Source: Verrucomicrobiota bacterium
Lineage (GTDB): Bacteria > Verrucomicrobiota > Verrucomicrobiia > Opitutales > Opitutaceae
Direction: 5' to 3'
NCBI GenBank assembly: GCA_028293545.1
Contig: JAQGOP010000043.1
Location: 63,651-127,650 of the forward strand
DNA: 64,000 nucleotides
Below are positions 55,819 through 64,000 of the stretch, piece after piece (position 1 is the first letter of the stretch; every line of letters begins with the position of its first letter). A model generated the notes under the pieces. The model was given only the letters and a program-made list of their open reading frames with translations, was not told where the DNA came from and did no database searches. Made by a program: the position numbers and the translations under genes.

Positions 55819-58434
55819 ATGGATTCTTCAAAACTCACCGTCATGTCGCGCCAGGCGATCACAGACGCCCAAAACCTGGCCCGTCGACTCACCCATAACG
55901 AAGTCGACACTTGGCATGTGTTCGCCGCGCTCATCGGCCAGGAAAACGGCACCGTCCCGGGCCTGCTCGACAAGATGTCGGTCACCCCGAGTGCCGTCCA
56001 ACTTGCGGTCGACCGTGAACTCGAGCGTCTGCCGAAAGTTTCCGGCAACGTCGACACGTCCAAGATTTACGTCACCCAGTCCGTCAACGAAGTGCTCACC
56101 CGCGCCGAGGACGAAGCCAAGTCGCTGAAGGACGAGTTCGTCTCGGTGGAGCATTTGTTTCTCGGCCTGCTGGACGTGGCGAAGCCCGCCACGCTCAAGC
56201 AGCTCTTCAAAAGTTTCGGCCTTGATCGCGGCGGCGTGCTCAAGGCGCTGAAGGAAGTCCGCGGCAGCCAGCGCGTGACGACCGACAATCCCGAAGCCAC
56301 CTACCAGTCGCTCGAAAAATACGGCATCGATCTCGTGGCGCAGGCGCGCAAGGGAAAGATGGATCCGGTCATCGGCCGCGATGAGGAAATCCGCCGCACG
56401 ATCCGCATCCTCTCGCGCAAGACGAAGAACAACCCCGTGCTCATCGGCGAACCCGGCGTCGGCAAGACTGCGATCGTCGAGGGCCTCGCGCAGCGCATCC
56501 TCCGCGGCGACGTGCCGGAGGGGCTCAAGGACAAAACCATTTTCTCCCTCGACATGGGATCGCTGGTGGCCGGCGCAAAATATCGGGGCGAATTCGAGGA
56601 ACGCCTCAAAGCCGTGCTCGCGGAGATCAAGCAGAGCGAGGGCCGCATCATCCTCTTCATCGACGAGCTCCACGTCATCGTCGGCGCGGGCAAGACCGAA
56701 GGCGCGATGGACGCCGGCAACCTGCTCAAGCCGATGCTTGCGCGCGGTGAGCTGCACTGCATCGGCGCCACCACGCTCGATGAGTACCGGAAGTACATCG
56801 AGAAGGACGCCGCGCTCGAGCGTCGTTTCCAGCCGGTCGTCGTGGACCAGCCCTCGGTCGAAGATGCGATCTCCATCCTGCGCGGATTGAAGGAGCGCTT
56901 CGAGCTGCACCACGGTGTCCGCATCCAGGACAACGCGCTCGTGAGCGCGGTGATACTTTCGAATCGTTATATCAGCGACCGTTTCCTGCCGGACAAGGCG
57001 ATCGACCTCGTGGACGAGGCCTGCGCGATGATCCGCACGGAGATGGATTCGATGCCGCAGGAACTCGACGAGCTGACCCGCCGCGTGCTGCGCCTCGAAA
57101 TCGAGGAAACCGCGCTCTCGAAGGAAAAAGACGACGCCAGCAAGCGCCGCCTTGAGTCGCTCCGCAAGGAGCTCGCCGACGCCAAGGAAAAAGCCGGCGC
57201 CATCAAGCTCCATTGGGAAAAGGAAAAAGCCTCCGTCGACAAGGTGCGCAAGCTGCGCGAAAAACTCGAGGCGGCGCGCCTGGAGATGGAAAAGGCCGAG
57301 CGCGCCTATGACCTCAACAAGGTCGCGGAACTCCGCCATGGGAAAATCCCGCAGATGGAGGAGGAACTGAAGCGCCACGAAAAAGCCGGCAACACCACGA
57401 CCCTTTTCAAGGAGGAGGTTTCCGAGGAGGAGATTGCCGAAGTCGTTTCCAAATGGAGCGGCGTCCCGGTCACGCGCCTCGTCGAGGGCGAAAAGGAAAA
57501 ACTCCTTCGTCTCGAGGAAGTGCTGCATGAGCGCGTGGTCGGCCAGGACGAAGCCGTGTCGCTCGTCACTGAAGCCATCCTGCGCGCGCGCAGCGGCATC
57601 AAGGATCCGCGCCGACCGGTCGGGAGTTTCCTGTTCCTCGGGCCCACCGGCGTCGGCAAGACCGAGCTCGCGAAAACGCTCGCCGAGACGCTCTTCGACA
57701 CCGAGGCCGCGATGGTGCGCATCGACATGTCGGAATACATGGAAAAATTTAGCACAGCACGGCTGATCGGTGCGCCCCCAGGATATGTGGGTTATGACGA
57801 GGGTGGCCAGCTCACAGAAGCAGTCCGGCGGAAGCCTTACGCTGTGATCCTCTTCGACGAAATCGAGAAAGCGCACCCCGATGTCTTCAATGTCCTCCTC
57901 CAGGTTTTGGACGACGGGCGCTTGACCGACTCGCAAGGCCGCACGATCGATTTCAAGAATACGGTCATTATCATGACCTCGAACATCGGCTCGCGCTATC
58001 TGCTTGAGGGCGTGACCGGCGACACGATTCCCGAGAGCGTCCGCGAAAGCGTGATGGCCGATCTCCGGAAATCTTTCCGTCCTGAGTTCCTGAACCGGAT
58101 CGACGAAACGATCCTCTTCAAACCTCTGACGCTGGAGGAAATCGGCACGATTGTGGACCTGCTCCTGGTCGATTTGAACAAACGGCTCTCCGACCGTCGC
58201 GTCACCGTGATCCTCGATAAGAAGGCGAAGACTTGGGCGGCCGAGAAAGGTTACGACCCGGTCTTTGGGGCACGTCCGCTCAAGCGCTTCCTCCAGCGCA
58301 ACATCGAAACCAAACTCGCACGCGCGCTGATCTCCGGCGAAGTTGTCGAAGGCACAGAAGTGAAATTTGGGATTAAGGACGACGAACTCGTGATGCAGCA
58401 GGGCAAGCCCTCCGACCGCACCCCCGCCAAGTAA
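55819..58434 (+). CDS. clpB: ATP-dependent chaperone ClpB
   Basis: Clp N-domain, Walker A GEPGVGKT and GPTGVGKT, long coiled-coil M-domain; 871 aa; GGAGG Shine-Dalgarno 8 nt upstream. Confidence 0.97.
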   Translation: MDSSKLTVMSRQAITDAQNLARRLTHNEVDTWHVFAALIGQENGTVPGLLDKMSVTPSAVQLAVDRELERLPKVSGNVDTSKIYVTQSVNEVLTRAEDEAKSLKDEFVSVEHLFLGLLDVAKPATLKQLFKSFGLDRGGVLKALKEVRGSQRVTTDNPEATYQSLEKYGIDLVAQARKGKMDPVIGRDEEIRRTIRILSRKTKNNPVLIGEPGVGKTAIVEGLAQRILRGDVPEGLKDKTIFSLDMGSLVAGAKYRGEFEERLKAVLAEIKQSEGRIILFIDELHVIVGAGKTEGAMDAGNLLKPMLARGELHCIGATTLDEYRKYIEKDAALERRFQPVVVDQPSVEDAISILRGLKERFELHHGVRIQDNALVSAVILSNRYISDRFLPDKAIDLVDEACAMIRTEMDSMPQELDELTRRVLRLEIEETALSKEKDDASKRRLESLRKELADAKEKAGAIKLHWEKEKASVDKVRKLREKLEAARLEMEKAERAYDLNKVAELRHGKIPQMEEELKRHEKAGNTTTLFKEEVSEEEIAEVVSKWSGVPVTRLVEGEKEKLLRLEEVLHERVVGQDEAVSLVTEAILRARSGIKDPRRPVGSFLFLGPTGVGKTELAKTLAETLFDTEAAMVRIDMSEYMEKFSTARLIGAPPGYVGYDEGGQLTEAVRRKPYAVILFDEIEKAHPDVFNVLLQVLDDGRLTDSQGRTIDFKNTVIIMTSNIGSRYLLEGVTGDTIPESVRESVMADLRKSFRPEFLNRIDETILFKPLTLEEIGTIVDLLLVDLNKRLSDRRVTVILDKKAKTWAAEKGYDPVFGARPLKRFLQRNIETKLARALISGEVVEGTEVKFGIKDDELVMQQGKPSDRTPAK

Positions 58435-58462
58435 GCATCTCAACTCTCGCTGCGCGCGCAGG

Positions 58463-58506
58463 GGGCGCACGGTCGATTTCAAGAACGCGGTCATTATCAT
58501 GACCTC
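58463..58506 (+). pseudogene. 44-nt Clp/Hsp100 gene fragment (copy of clpB 57937-57980)
   Basis: 40 of 44 nt identical by direct count. Encodes GRTVDFKNAVIIMTS versus [15 protein letters not shown] in clpB. No similarity on either side. Confidence 0.7.
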
Positions 58507-59188
58507 AAGCACGCCCTTCGGCATTGCCTCGATCAGACGGAAAACCGGCGATCCTTGAGATATAAAATCTGTATACAGCAGCGTGAATATCTTAGAATAT
58601 AAAATGCCAATTCGGATGCGGCGGACCCGAAGCATTCCATGGTCGGATTCGCGCCCGTCCGGTTTCCTCCTGCACCAAGATTCAAAGCGCGCCCGGAGGG
58701 CAAAAAAATCCCTCCGGGCACCACGCCGCATGAATTGCGGGCCGATCCGCGATGGCGCGTCAGACGTCGCCTGCGAAAATGGAGGCGGTTTCCTCTTGCC
58801 GGGCGTCGCACGGCGAGCGTCTCGCTCATCGCGTCGACTGTTTCGGCCCTGCTGTGCCGCTGTCGTCAGCCGGCAAAATCCACGGGTGAAAATGGAATCT
58901 TCAGAGGCGAACAACGCTCAGTTTTCCGACCACACTAAATTCGTTGACATGAAAACGGCAGCCTCGCTTGTATACAAGTTCGGACTAGCCAAATGCCCCT
59001 TCAACCTTTCTCGCCGCGTGTCGGCGAGCGCCCGGTTTCAGCAATTGTCGTTGGCGTGAACTTACCTCAACCGACGGCGCGCGCTGCTTCAAGCTCGCGA
59101 CGCTGCTTTTTCGAGCCAGGTCCGGGCCCGGCCTGATCGGACCGGATCTCATTTTTGTCAGCCCGTAAAACAGACATAGCAATACCCC

Positions 59189-61681
59189 ATGAACCCCACC
59201 CTGATTCGAAATCTAAACACCTCCCGCGTCGTTTTCGCGGGCCTTGCCTTGGCTGCCCTCATGCATTTGACCGCCCGCGGGCAGGCGACGAACTCGACGA
59301 CCACCACGAGCCCCGCCCCGACGACGGCGACCGCGGAAAGCGGCCGGAACGGGAAGGATGAGGTGGTGAACTTGGAGTCGATGATCGTGACGGGCACGCG
59401 TCGCGTGGACCGGACGGCGACGGAATCGATGGCGCCGGTGGACATAATCAGCGCGGACCGGCTGCAGATGTCGGTGTCGCCGGAGTTGATGGACAAGATC
59501 ATGATGGATGTGCCGTCGTTCAACGTGCAGCGCCTGCCGTTGTCCGAGACGACCTCGTTCATCCGGCCGGCGCGGCTGCGGAGCCTTTCGAGCGACCACA
59601 CGCTGGTGTTGATCAACGGCAAGCGGCAGCACCGGACGGCGGGCATTACCTCGGCAGGGACGCAAGGAGTGGACTACGCGCAGATCCCGACCTCGGCGAT
59701 CCAGCGGGTGGAAGTCCTGCGGGACGGCGCCTCCGCGCAGTACGGTTCGGACGCGATTGCGGGGGTGATCAACATCATCCTCAAGCGCAAGCCGGGATAC
59801 GATGGCTACGTCAACCTGAGCCAATATTATGAGGGCGACGGCTTAACGCGGCAGGCCGGCGTGGACTTTGGCGTGGCGCTCCCGAAACAGGGTTTCCTGA
59901 ACGTGGCGGTCGAATACACGAATGGTGACCGGACCTCGCGCTCGATTCAGCGTCCTGATGCCCTGCTTTACGTCGCGGCTCATCCTGACCGCGCCCAGTA
60001 CGTCGCCAACCCGGTGCAGCCCTGGGGCCAGCCCGAACGCGAGACCAAGCGCCTGATGGCCAACAGCGAGTTCAACTTGACGCCGCTCATCACGCTCTAC
60101 GCCTTTGGCCTCTATGGCCAGGACAAGGGCACCGATGACTTCAACTGGCGCAATCCGGACACCAATGCAGCCTTCGCGCGCTCGGCCTATCAAAACGGAC
60201 CCAATGCGATCTTCCCGACCTTCAGCCTCGTGACGATCTATCCCGGCGGCTTCACGCCGCTCTACCACGCGGCAACCAGCGACGTCACCGCCGCGGTCGG
60301 CCTGAAGGGCGCGATCGAGAACTTCACTTGGGACCTGAGCGCCAACATGGGGCGCAACGTGATCGACTACACCCTGAGTAATTCCTGGAATCCCTCGTAC
60401 GGCGCCCTCTCCCCGCGCGAGTTCAACGTCGGCGGCCTGCGCCAGCGCGAGCATAACCTGAACGCTGACTTCACCTACACGTGGGACGTCGCCGCCATGG
60501 CCAAGCCGGTCAACGTCGCTTTCGGCCTCGAGTCCCGGCACGAGGAATTCGAGATCCGCGCCGGCGAACGCGCCTCCTGGGACATCGGGCCTTTGGTCGA
60601 CCTGGGCGTTGGAGCCAACGGTTACGCCGGCTGGACCGCGAACCAAGCGACCACCGCGGGCCGCACCAGCTCGGCTGCGTATGTCGACGTCGACCTCCAG
60701 CTCACCCGCCAGTTCGAGCTCGGGCTCGCCGGCCGCTATGAGGACTATCCCGACTTCGGTTCGAAGACCAACGGCAAGGTCTCGGCCCGCTTCGAGGTGA
60801 GCCCGGAGTTTTCCCTTCGTGCGACCGCCAGCACCGGATTCCACGCCCCGACTCCTGGCATCCAGAACTACACTCGCACCTCTTCCGGTCCTCTGCCTGG
60901 CACCCAGATCAATTCCCAGACGGGCCTGGTGAGCCCCTCCAACCCGGTCGCCGTCTTCTTCGGTGCCAAGGCCCTCAAGCCCGAAACCTCGACGAACTAC
61001 AGCGCCGGCATGGTTTTCACGCCCACCAAGGCCTTCACCGTTTCGATCGATGCCTACACGATCGAGGTGGATGACCGCCTTGGCGGTTCCCCGACGTTCA
61101 TCCTGACCGATGCCCAACGCATTCAGCTGGCCGCCTCCGGAGTCGTTGACGCGCTGAATATCAACCGGATCAACTTCTTCACCAACGCCCTCGATACCCG
61201 CACCCGCGGCGTCGACGTGGTTGCTTCATACCGCTGGAACCTCGCCAGCAAGGACACGCTTACACTTACCGGCGCCTACAACTTCAACCAGACCAAGCTC
61301 CTTCGCGCCACGGCTGGCTTGGTCGACGCCGAAGGGCGGATCAACCTTGAGCACCGCATCCCGCAGAGCGCCGGCAACGTCAGCCTCGAGTACACCCACG
61401 GCAAGCTGAGCCTCATGGGCCGCGTGCGCTACTTCGGGCCCTGGATGAGCGCCGATTCCCCGGTCCTCCACCAGACCTTCAGTGAGCAGGTCCTCTTCGA
61501 CACCGCCGCCACCTGGCGTTTCAACTCCCATCTCTCCCTCTCCATCGGCGCCGAGAACCTCTTCGACTCCTATCCCGAAAAGGCGCTCTTCAACGTCGCC
61601 GCCGGCCTGATTTACTCCCGCTTCGCCCCCTACGATGTCGACGGCGGTCGCTACTTCTCCCGCCTCAACTTCTCGTTCTAA
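59189..61681 (+). CDS. TonB-dependent outer-membrane receptor
   Basis: Signal peptide, Thr/Pro-rich linker, plug (...MIVTGTRR..., ...VEVLRDGASAQYGSDAIAGVINIILK...), C-terminal ...RLNFSF. Confidence 0.92.
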   Translation: MNPTLIRNLNTSRVVFAGLALAALMHLTARGQATNSTTTTSPAPTTATAESGRNGKDEVVNLESMIVTGTRRVDRTATESMAPVDIISADRLQMSVSPELMDKIMMDVPSFNVQRLPLSETTSFIRPARLRSLSSDHTLVLINGKRQHRTAGITSAGTQGVDYAQIPTSAIQRVEVLRDGASAQYGSDAIAGVINIILKRKPGYDGYVNLSQYYEGDGLTRQAGVDFGVALPKQGFLNVAVEYTNGDRTSRSIQRPDALLYVAAHPDRAQYVANPVQPWGQPERETKRLMANSEFNLTPLITLYAFGLYGQDKGTDDFNWRNPDTNAAFARSAYQNGPNAIFPTFSLVTIYPGGFTPLYHAATSDVTAAVGLKGAIENFTWDLSANMGRNVIDYTLSNSWNPSYGALSPREFNVGGLRQREHNLNADFTYTWDVAAMAKPVNVAFGLESRHEEFEIRAGERASWDIGPLVDLGVGANGYAGWTANQATTAGRTSSAAYVDVDLQLTRQFELGLAGRYEDYPDFGSKTNGKVSARFEVSPEFSLRATASTGFHAPTPGIQNYTRTSSGPLPGTQINSQTGLVSPSNPVAVFFGAKALKPETSTNYSAGMVFTPTKAFTVSIDAYTIEVDDRLGGSPTFILTDAQRIQLAASGVVDALNINRINFFTNALDTRTRGVDVVASYRWNLASKDTLTLTGAYNFNQTKLLRATAGLVDAEGRINLEHRIPQSAGNVSLEYTHGKLSLMGRVRYFGPWMSADSPVLHQTFSEQVLFDTAATWRFNSHLSLSIGAENLFDSYPEKALFNVAAGLIYSRFAPYDVDGGRYFSRLNFSF

Positions 61682-61796
61682 TACTCGGCCCCCACCTGCG
61701 GTCCGATTTCGCGGCGACTCCCTCGTCCGCGTTCCGTCCCCATCCCCGTTCGGGGAGCAACGCCGGTGTCCCGGCGTTGCGGATCAAAAATCCGTT

Positions 61797-62030
61797 ATGA
61801 AGCCCATGCTTCCCCGAAGTCCTCATTCGTTGCGCGCCATTGGATTTGGCGCGCTCGCGCTGGTTTCGGCCGGGTCCTTGACTCGGGCCGGCGCCGACAC
61901 CGTGGCGGCGCATCCCGTCCGCGAGTCGTCGGCGAAGACCTTCTCCGTCGCGCCGACCGTTGGTTGCCCCGGCATGCTCGGCGACGTCGCGATTCCGATC
62001 CTCACGCGTTTCGCGCGAGGCGAGCAATGA
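61797..62030 (+). CDS. small secreted hypothetical protein (77 aa)
   Basis: MKPMLPRSPHSLRAIGFGALALVSAGSLTRAGA signal-like N-terminus; its stop overlaps the next start (ATGA at 62027-62030). Confidence 0.45.
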   Translation: MKPMLPRSPHSLRAIGFGALALVSAGSLTRAGADTVAAHPVRESSAKTFSVAPTVGCPGMLGDVAIPILTRFARGEQ

Positions 62031-63562
62031 AACCGCCGCTGTTTTTCAAGCGCGGCCGCTCCGCCTTTTGTTTTGTCGCGGTGATCCTGATTGCCGCCCT
62101 GGCTGCCGGGCAGGTGCGGGCGGCGCCCGTGCTCCGGGCGGCCGCGGTCACTTTTTCCAACCAGCCGGTCGTGGGCTCGCCCGCGGATTATACGGCCGCG
62201 GACAAGACGATCCAGCGCGTGATCGGCGACTTGAAGACCACGCTCGTGCTCTTCGACTGCGGCGACACCCAGCTGTGTTTCATCACTTCGCCGTTTCCGA
62301 TCAATGGCGGCCCGCTGCAGATTGCCACCCGCTCGCTCGTCGCGAAGGAACTCGGCCTGCCTTTCACCTCCGTCGTCGCGTCGTCGTCGCACGATCACTG
62401 CGTGCCGTTGATCAAGATCCAGAACCCCCGGGCGTGGGGCCAGCCGGGCGATTATCCGCCCAAGTCGGAATCGAACGAGCTCGGCCGCAAGTTTCTCGAG
62501 GGCATGAGCATCGCGGCGCGCGGCCTGCGCGCGAAACTGGCGCCGGTGACGATCGAGTGGGGCATCGCCCAGGAGAGCCGGCTGACTTACAACCGGCGCG
62601 GCAAGCGCGCCGACGGCACGTCCTACTTTATCCGGGAAGAGGACCGCGTGAAACTCGGCCCGGACTACATCGGCCTGATCGACCCCGACGCCATGGTGGT
62701 CGTGCTGCGCGGCGCCGATGACAAGCCGGTGGCGGCACTCGCGTTCTACACCGGCCATCCCGTGACGGCGTATAATCCGGAAGTGCCGGTCGCCTTTGGC
62801 CAATGGCCCCAGGTAGCGTGCGAAAAACTGTCGGCGCACCTCGGCGGCGTGCCGGTGGCCTTCATCCAAGGCAGCGCCGGCGACATCAATTCGAAGTACA
62901 TGCTCTCGGGCACGGTCGCGCAGGCGATCGAGCTCGGGGGATTTCTGGGCGACTCGTTCGTGAAGGCCGCGGACACGCTGCACAAATCCGCCCGCACCGA
63001 TCTGGCGTGGGAGCGCACCACGGTGGGCATCCCGCTGGCCGAGCTGCCCTCCGCGGAAAGCCTCAAGCGCGACCTGGCGACGATCGATGATTTTGTCCAC
63101 CGCGGGCGGGCGGGCGACCCGAACACGCTGTTCTGCGTGGGGATGAACTTTCCGCTCGCCCTGACTCCGCCCTATCGCGCCCAGCTCGTGCAGTTGGTCC
63201 GCCCGTGGTACGTGTGGGCGCTCGACCAGCGTGAATCGGGCCTCGCCGCTTCACTGCCGAAGGAATGGCCGCTGCCCGTCGTGGTGGCCCGCATCGGTGA
63301 CGTCGGATTTGTCGGGATGCCATGGGAGGCGTTCACCCGCACCGCGCGCCAGCTGAAGGAGAAAGCCCCGCTGCCGTGCGTGCTTACCGCGACCTACATC
63401 GACGGAGCCGAAGGTTACATCCCTGATGCCACGGCCTGCGACGATCGCGAATACCAAGCGGGATATTTCCGCTACTTGTGGACGCGCCCGCCGTACAAGG
63501 CGCCCGGCGGCGACGCCGTGGTTGGCGTCGCAGTGTCCGCCCTCGAACGCCTTTCAAAATGA
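62027..63562 (+). CDS. secreted hydrolase, possibly neutral/alkaline ceramidase-like fold (weak, motif-level)
   Basis: Start at ATG 62027 with a signal/TM segment. SSSHDHCVP, FYTGHPVTAY and GSAGDINSKY resemble the conserved His/Asp strings of neutral-ceramidase-type N-terminal domains. Confidence 0.6.
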   Translation: MKPPLFFKRGRSAFCFVAVILIAALAAGQVRAAPVLRAAAVTFSNQPVVGSPADYTAADKTIQRVIGDLKTTLVLFDCGDTQLCFITSPFPINGGPLQIATRSLVAKELGLPFTSVVASSSHDHCVPLIKIQNPRAWGQPGDYPPKSESNELGRKFLEGMSIAARGLRAKLAPVTIEWGIAQESRLTYNRRGKRADGTSYFIREEDRVKLGPDYIGLIDPDAMVVVLRGADDKPVAALAFYTGHPVTAYNPEVPVAFGQWPQVACEKLSAHLGGVPVAFIQGSAGDINSKYMLSGTVAQAIELGGFLGDSFVKAADTLHKSARTDLAWERTTVGIPLAELPSAESLKRDLATIDDFVHRGRAGDPNTLFCVGMNFPLALTPPYRAQLVQLVRPWYVWALDQRESGLAASLPKEWPLPVVVARIGDVGFVGMPWEAFTRTARQLKEKAPLPCVLTATYIDGAEGYIPDATACDDREYQAGYFRYLWTRPPYKAPGGDAVVGVAVSALERLSK

Positions 63563-64000
63563 AGTCCTCATCCTGCCAGTCGTCTCGTTTCGCGCGCGCC
63601 TTGCTCACGGGCTGCGCCCTCGTTTCCGCGGCCGCGATGCTGCCCGCGGCTACGCCGGAAAGCGCGCTGCCGCGTTTCCCCCTGTACGAACGTTACGTCG
63701 CGATCGACGGCGTTTGCGGCTGGCCGCTGCTCATTCCGCTCCCGAACGGCGACCTCGCGTGTTACCTCTGGCCGGACTCGAGCCACGGGTATTCCGAGGG
63801 CGCCGTCGAATGCTGGCTGAGTCACGACCAGGGCCGCACCTGGCAGCGCGCCAGCGTTCCGGTGCCAAACGAGCCGACGACCAACCGCATGAACCATGCG
63901 GGCGGGCTCGCGGCCGATGGCAGCCTGGTCGCGCTCGTGTCGGGCTGGGACAATCGCAAGCCCAAGGGATGGATGCCCGATCCTTCCGACAAGTCGCGTC
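63559..64000 (+). CDS. BNR-repeat (sialidase-like) protein, N-terminal part (runs off the window)
   Basis: My translation: MKSSSCQSSRFARALLTGCALVSAAAMLPA...WLSHDQGRTWQRAS... (Asp-box SxDxGxTW). ATGA overlap with the previous gene. Not in the track because there is no stop in the window. Confidence 0.7.
   Translation, partial: MKSSSCQSSRFARALLTGCALVSAAAMLPAATPESALPRFPLYERYVAIDGVCGWPLLIPLPNGDLACYLWPDSSHGYSEGAVECWLSHDQGRTWQRASVPVPNEPTTNRMNHAGGLAADGSLVALVSGWDNRKPKGWMPDPSDKSR

Noticed and set aside
55828-58914. 1028-aa ORF antisense to clpB
   Set aside because: Fully overlaps an unmistakable clpB on the other strand. The composition is Arg/Ala/Glu-rich with no motifs. Long antisense ORFs are expected when stop codons are rare in GC-rich DNA.
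58583-59059. 158-aa ORF (and antisense 98-aa and 65-aa ORFs) in the clpB / TonB receptor spacer
   Set aside because: Arg-rich, with no ribosome-binding site, no domains, and crossing strong hairpins. Treated as non-coding leader.

Overview
Visibly GC-rich bacterial chromosomal segment. The gene content (solitary HPr, DapL-type lysine pathway, Mqo, OPT transporter, several TonB-dependent receptors) and the intergenic 'word' repeats suggest a Verrucomicrobiota/Opitutales-like genome. That assignment is inference, not a database result. I support about 52 protein-coding genes, one tRNA-Val(CAC), one TPP riboswitch in front of a TonB-dependent receptor, one IS481-family insertion sequence, several intrinsic terminators, and at least seven families of short dispersed or palindromic intergenic repeats. 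Content is mostly housekeeping and metabolism: carA, kdsB, ptsH, dapL, panC, gcvP, nth, clpB, recD2-like helicase, an Mla/MCE-type ABC system, an M16 peptidase pair, M13 and M32 peptidases, an amidase, and a rhamnose-type catabolic cluster (rhaB plus a bifunctional rhamnulose-1-P aldolase/dehydrogenase). I saw no rRNA, CRISPR array, prophage, or recognisable defence or toxin system, and I cannot point to a clear novel multi-gene system. The observations most worth follow-up are listed here. (1) Two tandem sRNA-like units share an identical 36-nt core but have different intrinsic terminators. (2) A 30-nt palindromic repeat is fused to the stop codons of at least nine genes. (3) A translationally coupled locus encodes a TonB receptor, a small secreted protein, a ceramidase-like hydrolase and a BNR/sialidase-like protein. 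(4) A 44-nt copy of an internal clpB segment sits just downstream of clpB, in an AT-rich leader with two TGTATACA palindromes. (5) A heptamer tandem repeat lies inside gcvP. (6) Nested perfect palindromic MITE-like elements occur in several spacers. Many very long ORFs in the supplied track are antisense or out-of-frame artefacts of the high GC content and were rejected.
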